From IMG/VR virus record IMGVR_UViG_3300029267_001426, positions 1 to 53,865 of that record: 53,865 nucleotides of DNA; one strand, 5' to 3'. Numbering within the stretch: position 1 is the stretch's first letter; each line of letters opens with the position of its first letter. The translations under genes were made by a program, and so were the position numbers. This DNA comes from a virus. Positions 51,878-53,865 of this stretch are shown here, in pieces. Below the pieces are notes generated by a model. It ran no database searches. It saw only the letters and a program-made list of their open reading frames with translations, and was not told the origin of the DNA.

Positions 51878-52773
51878 AACAGGGTTCAGCCCCACTGCCT
51901 GGCTTGGCCAGGGTGACGAACGTGTTTTCAGAATTCCAGCAGACTTGGACAGCAGCCACCGAGGCTGAAAGGGCTGCCCTGAAAAAGGAAAGGTCCTGGG
52001 TCTGTCCCCACTGTGGGGAGGATGTGCCCCCCAAGCTGATTGAATACCAGGGCCAGCCAGTCATGCTGTCCTTTGCTGATTTTTGTGGATGCATCCAAGA
52101 ACAGCAGGCCGAGCAGGCCAAGGCTGATGCCACCAGGGCTGCTGAACTGAAAGCAGCCATGTCCACTGCTGGCCTAGTGGGCAAGCTGGGGCGGGCCACC
52201 TTTGACAGCTATGGCATAGAGAATGAACACCAGGCTGAACAGAAAGCAGCCTTGATGGCCTATGCCCAGACCCTGACCCACAGGCCAGATGGGTCCCCAG
52301 TCAAGAAATACAGATGGACCCTGGGGGACTGGCCTGGCCTGCTGCTGACTGGCCCCTGGGGCACAGGGAAAAGTCATCTGGCAGCAGCTGTGGTCAGACA
52401 GGCCCTGGAAATGGGCTGGGACAGGGTCTATTATAGGTCCTGGGCTGCCTACATCAAGCGGCTGAGGGCATCCTTTGAAAAGGGGGCCAAGGAAAGGACA
52501 TCAGCCATTGAATTTGAACTGACCCATGGCCAGCTGGTGGTCATTGATGACCTGGACAAGATCAAGCCCACAGAATTTGTCCAGGACACCCTGTTCAATG
52601 TGATCGAGTATAGGCAGAATCGAGAACTGCCCACCATCCTGACCAGCAATTCTGAACCACAAGACCTGGTCCCCTGGGTGGGGATTGCCACCCTGGACAG
52701 AATTGGGGGATTCTGTGTTCAGATTGAATTCAAGGGGGAATCCTACAGGACAAAAGTGGCATGGCAAAAGTGA
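51874..52773 (+). CDS. DnaC/IstB-like AAA+ helicase loader
   Basis: Walker A GPWGTGKSHLAAA, Walker B LVVIDDL and sensor TILTSN. GAAAGGAA RBS. Confidence 0.8.
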   Translation: MKQGSAPLPGLARVTNVFSEFQQTWTAATEAERAALKKERSWVCPHCGEDVPPKLIEYQGQPVMLSFADFCGCIQEQQAEQAKADATRAAELKAAMSTAGLVGKLGRATFDSYGIENEHQAEQKAALMAYAQTLTHRPDGSPVKKYRWTLGDWPGLLLTGPWGTGKSHLAAAVVRQALEMGWDRVYYRSWAAYIKRLRASFEKGAKERTSAIEFELTHGQLVVIDDLDKIKPTEFVQDTLFNVIEYRQNRELPTILTSNSEPQDLVPWVGIATLDRIGGFCVQIEFKGESYRTKVAWQK

Positions 52774-52931
52774 CCAGGTTCAAGTGTCCTGTCTGTGGCA
52801 AGCTGACAGCAGGCAGAAAGCCCAGGCATGGGGACCTGTCTGCCAGGTTCCCAAGACGCCACAAGGGGCCTGATGGAAAGCCATGCCCTGGGAACACCAG
52901 GCAAGCCATCTGGGTGGATGTCTCAGCATGA
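52770..52931 (+). CDS. Possible small basic Zn-binding protein (53 aa)
   Basis: GTG in a GTGA overlap with the DnaC-like gene stop. The sequence begins MTRFKCPVCGKLTAGRKPRH... The gene ends in an ATGA overlap with the next gene. It is below the track cutoff. Confidence 0.4.
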   Translation: MTRFKCPVCGKLTAGRKPRHGDLSARFPRRHKGPDGKPCPGNTRQAIWVDVSA

Positions 52932-53293
52932 AAGTATACAAGCTGACACCCAGCCTTGATGACCTGGCCCCAGCTGTGGAATCCCCAGAAAGCAGGGCAG
53001 CCAGCATCAGGGCTGCCCTGGCAGACAAGACCAGCCCCAGGGTCCAGTGGTCTGTGGCCCCAGAACCAGGAAATGCTGGCTTTCTCTATAATTGCCAGGT
53101 CACTTTCAGACTAGACAGCAGGGACTGGCATGGGTCCAAGGTGATCAATGACCAGGACCTGGCTGTCTATGGAATGGACCAATGCTGTGACAAGGTCATC
53201 ACTGACCTGGTGGCCTATCTGGGCCATTACATCATGACCCACATCATGATCCATGACCCTGGGCCTGAACCTGGCCCCCCTGTCTTTATATGA
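52928..53293 (+). CDS. Hypothetical protein (121 aa)
   Basis: This internal ATG of track ORF 52883..53293 is coupled by ATGA to the mini-ORF upstream. Confidence 0.5.
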   Translation: MKVYKLTPSLDDLAPAVESPESRAASIRAALADKTSPRVQWSVAPEPGNAGFLYNCQVTFRLDSRDWHGSKVINDQDLAVYGMDQCCDKVITDLVAYLGHYIMTHIMIHDPGPEPGPPVFI

Positions 53294-53298
53294 CCCGC

Positions 53299-53327
53299 TT
53301 GACAAGGGGGCTGGACTGTGCTATAAT
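53299..53327 (+). promoter_or_regulatory. Rightward sigma70-type promoter with extended -10
   Basis: TTGACA (53299..53304), a 17-nt spacer, then TGcTATAAT (-10 at 53322..53327). Confidence 0.7.
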
Positions 53328-53330
53328 TTC

Positions 53331-53354
53331 CTATAGGTTTCTATAGTCTGATAG
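53331..53354 (+). promoter_or_regulatory. Operator-like repeats CTATAG-N4-CTATAG-t-CTGATAG
   Basis: Hexamers at 53331 and 53341 are spaced 10 bp apart, with a third half-site at 53348. They lie between the -10 and the RHH gene, forming a TA-rich cluster in a TA-poor genome. Confidence 0.45.
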
Positions 53355-53383
53355 GCAAGGCCACAGCAGCCAGAAAGGACAAC

Positions 53384-53629
53384 ATGACCACAGAACAGGG
53401 TGACACCACAGTTGGGGTCAGCAAAGCTGACCACAGCCAGCTGGCATCCCTGGCCAGGTCTGATGGACGTTCACAGAAAGCATTCATCAGCAGGCTGATG
53501 GCACTATGGCTGGCAGTCCCCCCAGCTGTGCGCGAACTCTTGATCCTGGGGCTGGTCCCCCCAGATTTCCTGACTGGGCTGATGGCCCAGATGGTCCCTA
53601 CTAGAAAGGACACTGAACAGAATGACTGA
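53384..53629 (+). CDS. Ribbon-helix-helix (Arc/CopG-like) regulator
   Basis: TTVGVSKADHSQLASLARSDGRSQKAFISRLMAL fits a beta-strand-helix-helix pattern. AGAAAGGA lies 4 nt before the ATG. This is the first gene after the promoter. Confidence 0.55.
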   Translation: MTTEQGDTTVGVSKADHSQLASLARSDGRSQKAFISRLMALWLAVPPAVRELLILGLVPPDFLTGLMAQMVPTRKDTEQND

Positions 53630-53865
53630 ACCGACCAAGACGGATGAATCCACTGCCCAGGCCCCTGTGGCAGACCTGGACCAGCAGGCCGCTGATGCTG
53701 CTGCTGATTTCCTGGCTGCTGAACAGGATGCCCTGGACCAGCTGGCAGCTGAAACCCATCCCAGCCTGGCAGACCTCGCCCTGGCATCCCTTGACCTGGT
53801 CAAGGATGACCTGGCCCAGGTCCCTGTCATCTTTGCTGGCCAAGCCCTGGCCACCTTTTCCAAGC
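53622..53865 (+). CDS. 5' part of the junction-spanning hypothetical gene (continues at base 145 of the unit, i.e. feature 3..752)
   Basis: ATGACTGA overlap with the RHH gene stop. The frame is open to the window end, and the last 144 nt are the terminal repeat. Confidence 0.7.
   Translation, partial: MTEPTKTDESTAQAPVADLDQQAADAAADFLAAEQDALDQLAAETHPSLADLALASLDLVKDDLAQVPVIFAGQALATFSK
53722..53865. repeat. Terminal direct repeat, copy 2
   Basis: Exact copy of 1..144. Confidence 0.95.

Noticed and set aside
1-53865. Alternative genetic code (stop reassignment), considered as an explanation for multi-frame long ORFs
   Set aside because: Hallmark genes (capsid, portal, terminase, tape measure) terminate at TGA, TAA or TAG. 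Each stop is followed immediately by an RBS and start, or by a stop/start overlap. Their lengths are normal under the standard code, and TA depletion explains the ORFs.
1-53865. Synthetic, mammalian codon-optimised origin, suggested by human-like codon usage and several classic cloning sites
   Set aside because: This is a tentative rejection. CpG/TpA avoidance extends across codon junctions, both strands and non-coding DNA. Intergenic regions carry bacterial promoters, a uniform Shine-Dalgarno motif, overlapping genes and a programmed frameshift. Optimisers normally remove XhoI/SalI-type sites rather than keep them. It cannot be fully excluded from sequence alone.
1-53865. Lysogeny module, tRNA genes, CRISPR arrays, toxin-antitoxin pairs
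   Set aside because: No integrase, excisionase or CI-like repressor motif, and no cloverleaf-like sequence, was recognised by eye. tRNA absence should be confirmed with tRNAscan-SE.

Overview
The window is one complete tailed dsDNA phage genome. The unit is 53,721 bp, and bases 1..144 are repeated exactly at 53722..53865, which reads as a circular or circularly permuted assembly overlap. About 75 genes sit in three blocks. (1) A rightward early block starts at a sigma70-type promoter at 53299, crosses the window junction and ends at 9365. It encodes an RHH regulator, a Rad52-like annealase, a DEDD exonuclease, an FtsK-like ATPase with small membrane proteins, and a PAPS-reductase-like protein. 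(2) A long leftward block runs from a promoter at about 38861 down to 9407. In order it encodes a secreted DPBB-like protein, a ParB-like protein, a DNA-modification module, TerS, TerL, a portal-MuF fusion, a prohead protease, an HK97-fold capsid protein, head accessory genes, the neck, the tail tube, G/GT chaperones with a -1 frameshift, the tape measure, a tail fiber and a lysis cassette. (3) A rightward block at 38980..53293 carries mostly unknown genes, then a VRR-NUC nuclease, DUF551-like paralogs, an amino-type DNA methyltransferase, a wHTH replication initiator and a DnaC-like loader. No integrase, tRNA or CRISPR array was seen. The main finding is the module at 34207..37522. It combines a CmoA-like carboxy-SAM synthase, a C5-cytosine DNA methyltransferase-like enzyme with Arg in place of the motif X Asn, and an AsnB-type amidoligase. 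I predict it carboxymethylates cytosine C5 in DNA and then amidates the product to 5-carbamoylmethylcytosine. As assembled, the methyltransferase and AsnB parts form one ORF because of a 9-nt C/G homopolymer. With 8 nt they separate cleanly into two coupled genes. The genome also has a vertebrate-like dinucleotide signature: CpG O/E is about 0.12-0.15, TpA is depleted, and CTGG/CCAG/CCWGG are very abundant. This removes most TAA/TAG stops and creates many long spurious ORFs in the six-frame track. The CpGs that remain cluster in a few palindromes and in two repeated CpG-containing oligomers. CDS stops come from the ORF track. Starts were refined by eye using the recurrent AGAAAGGA ribosome-binding motif and stop/start overlaps. 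All counts are hand counts and no database search was possible.
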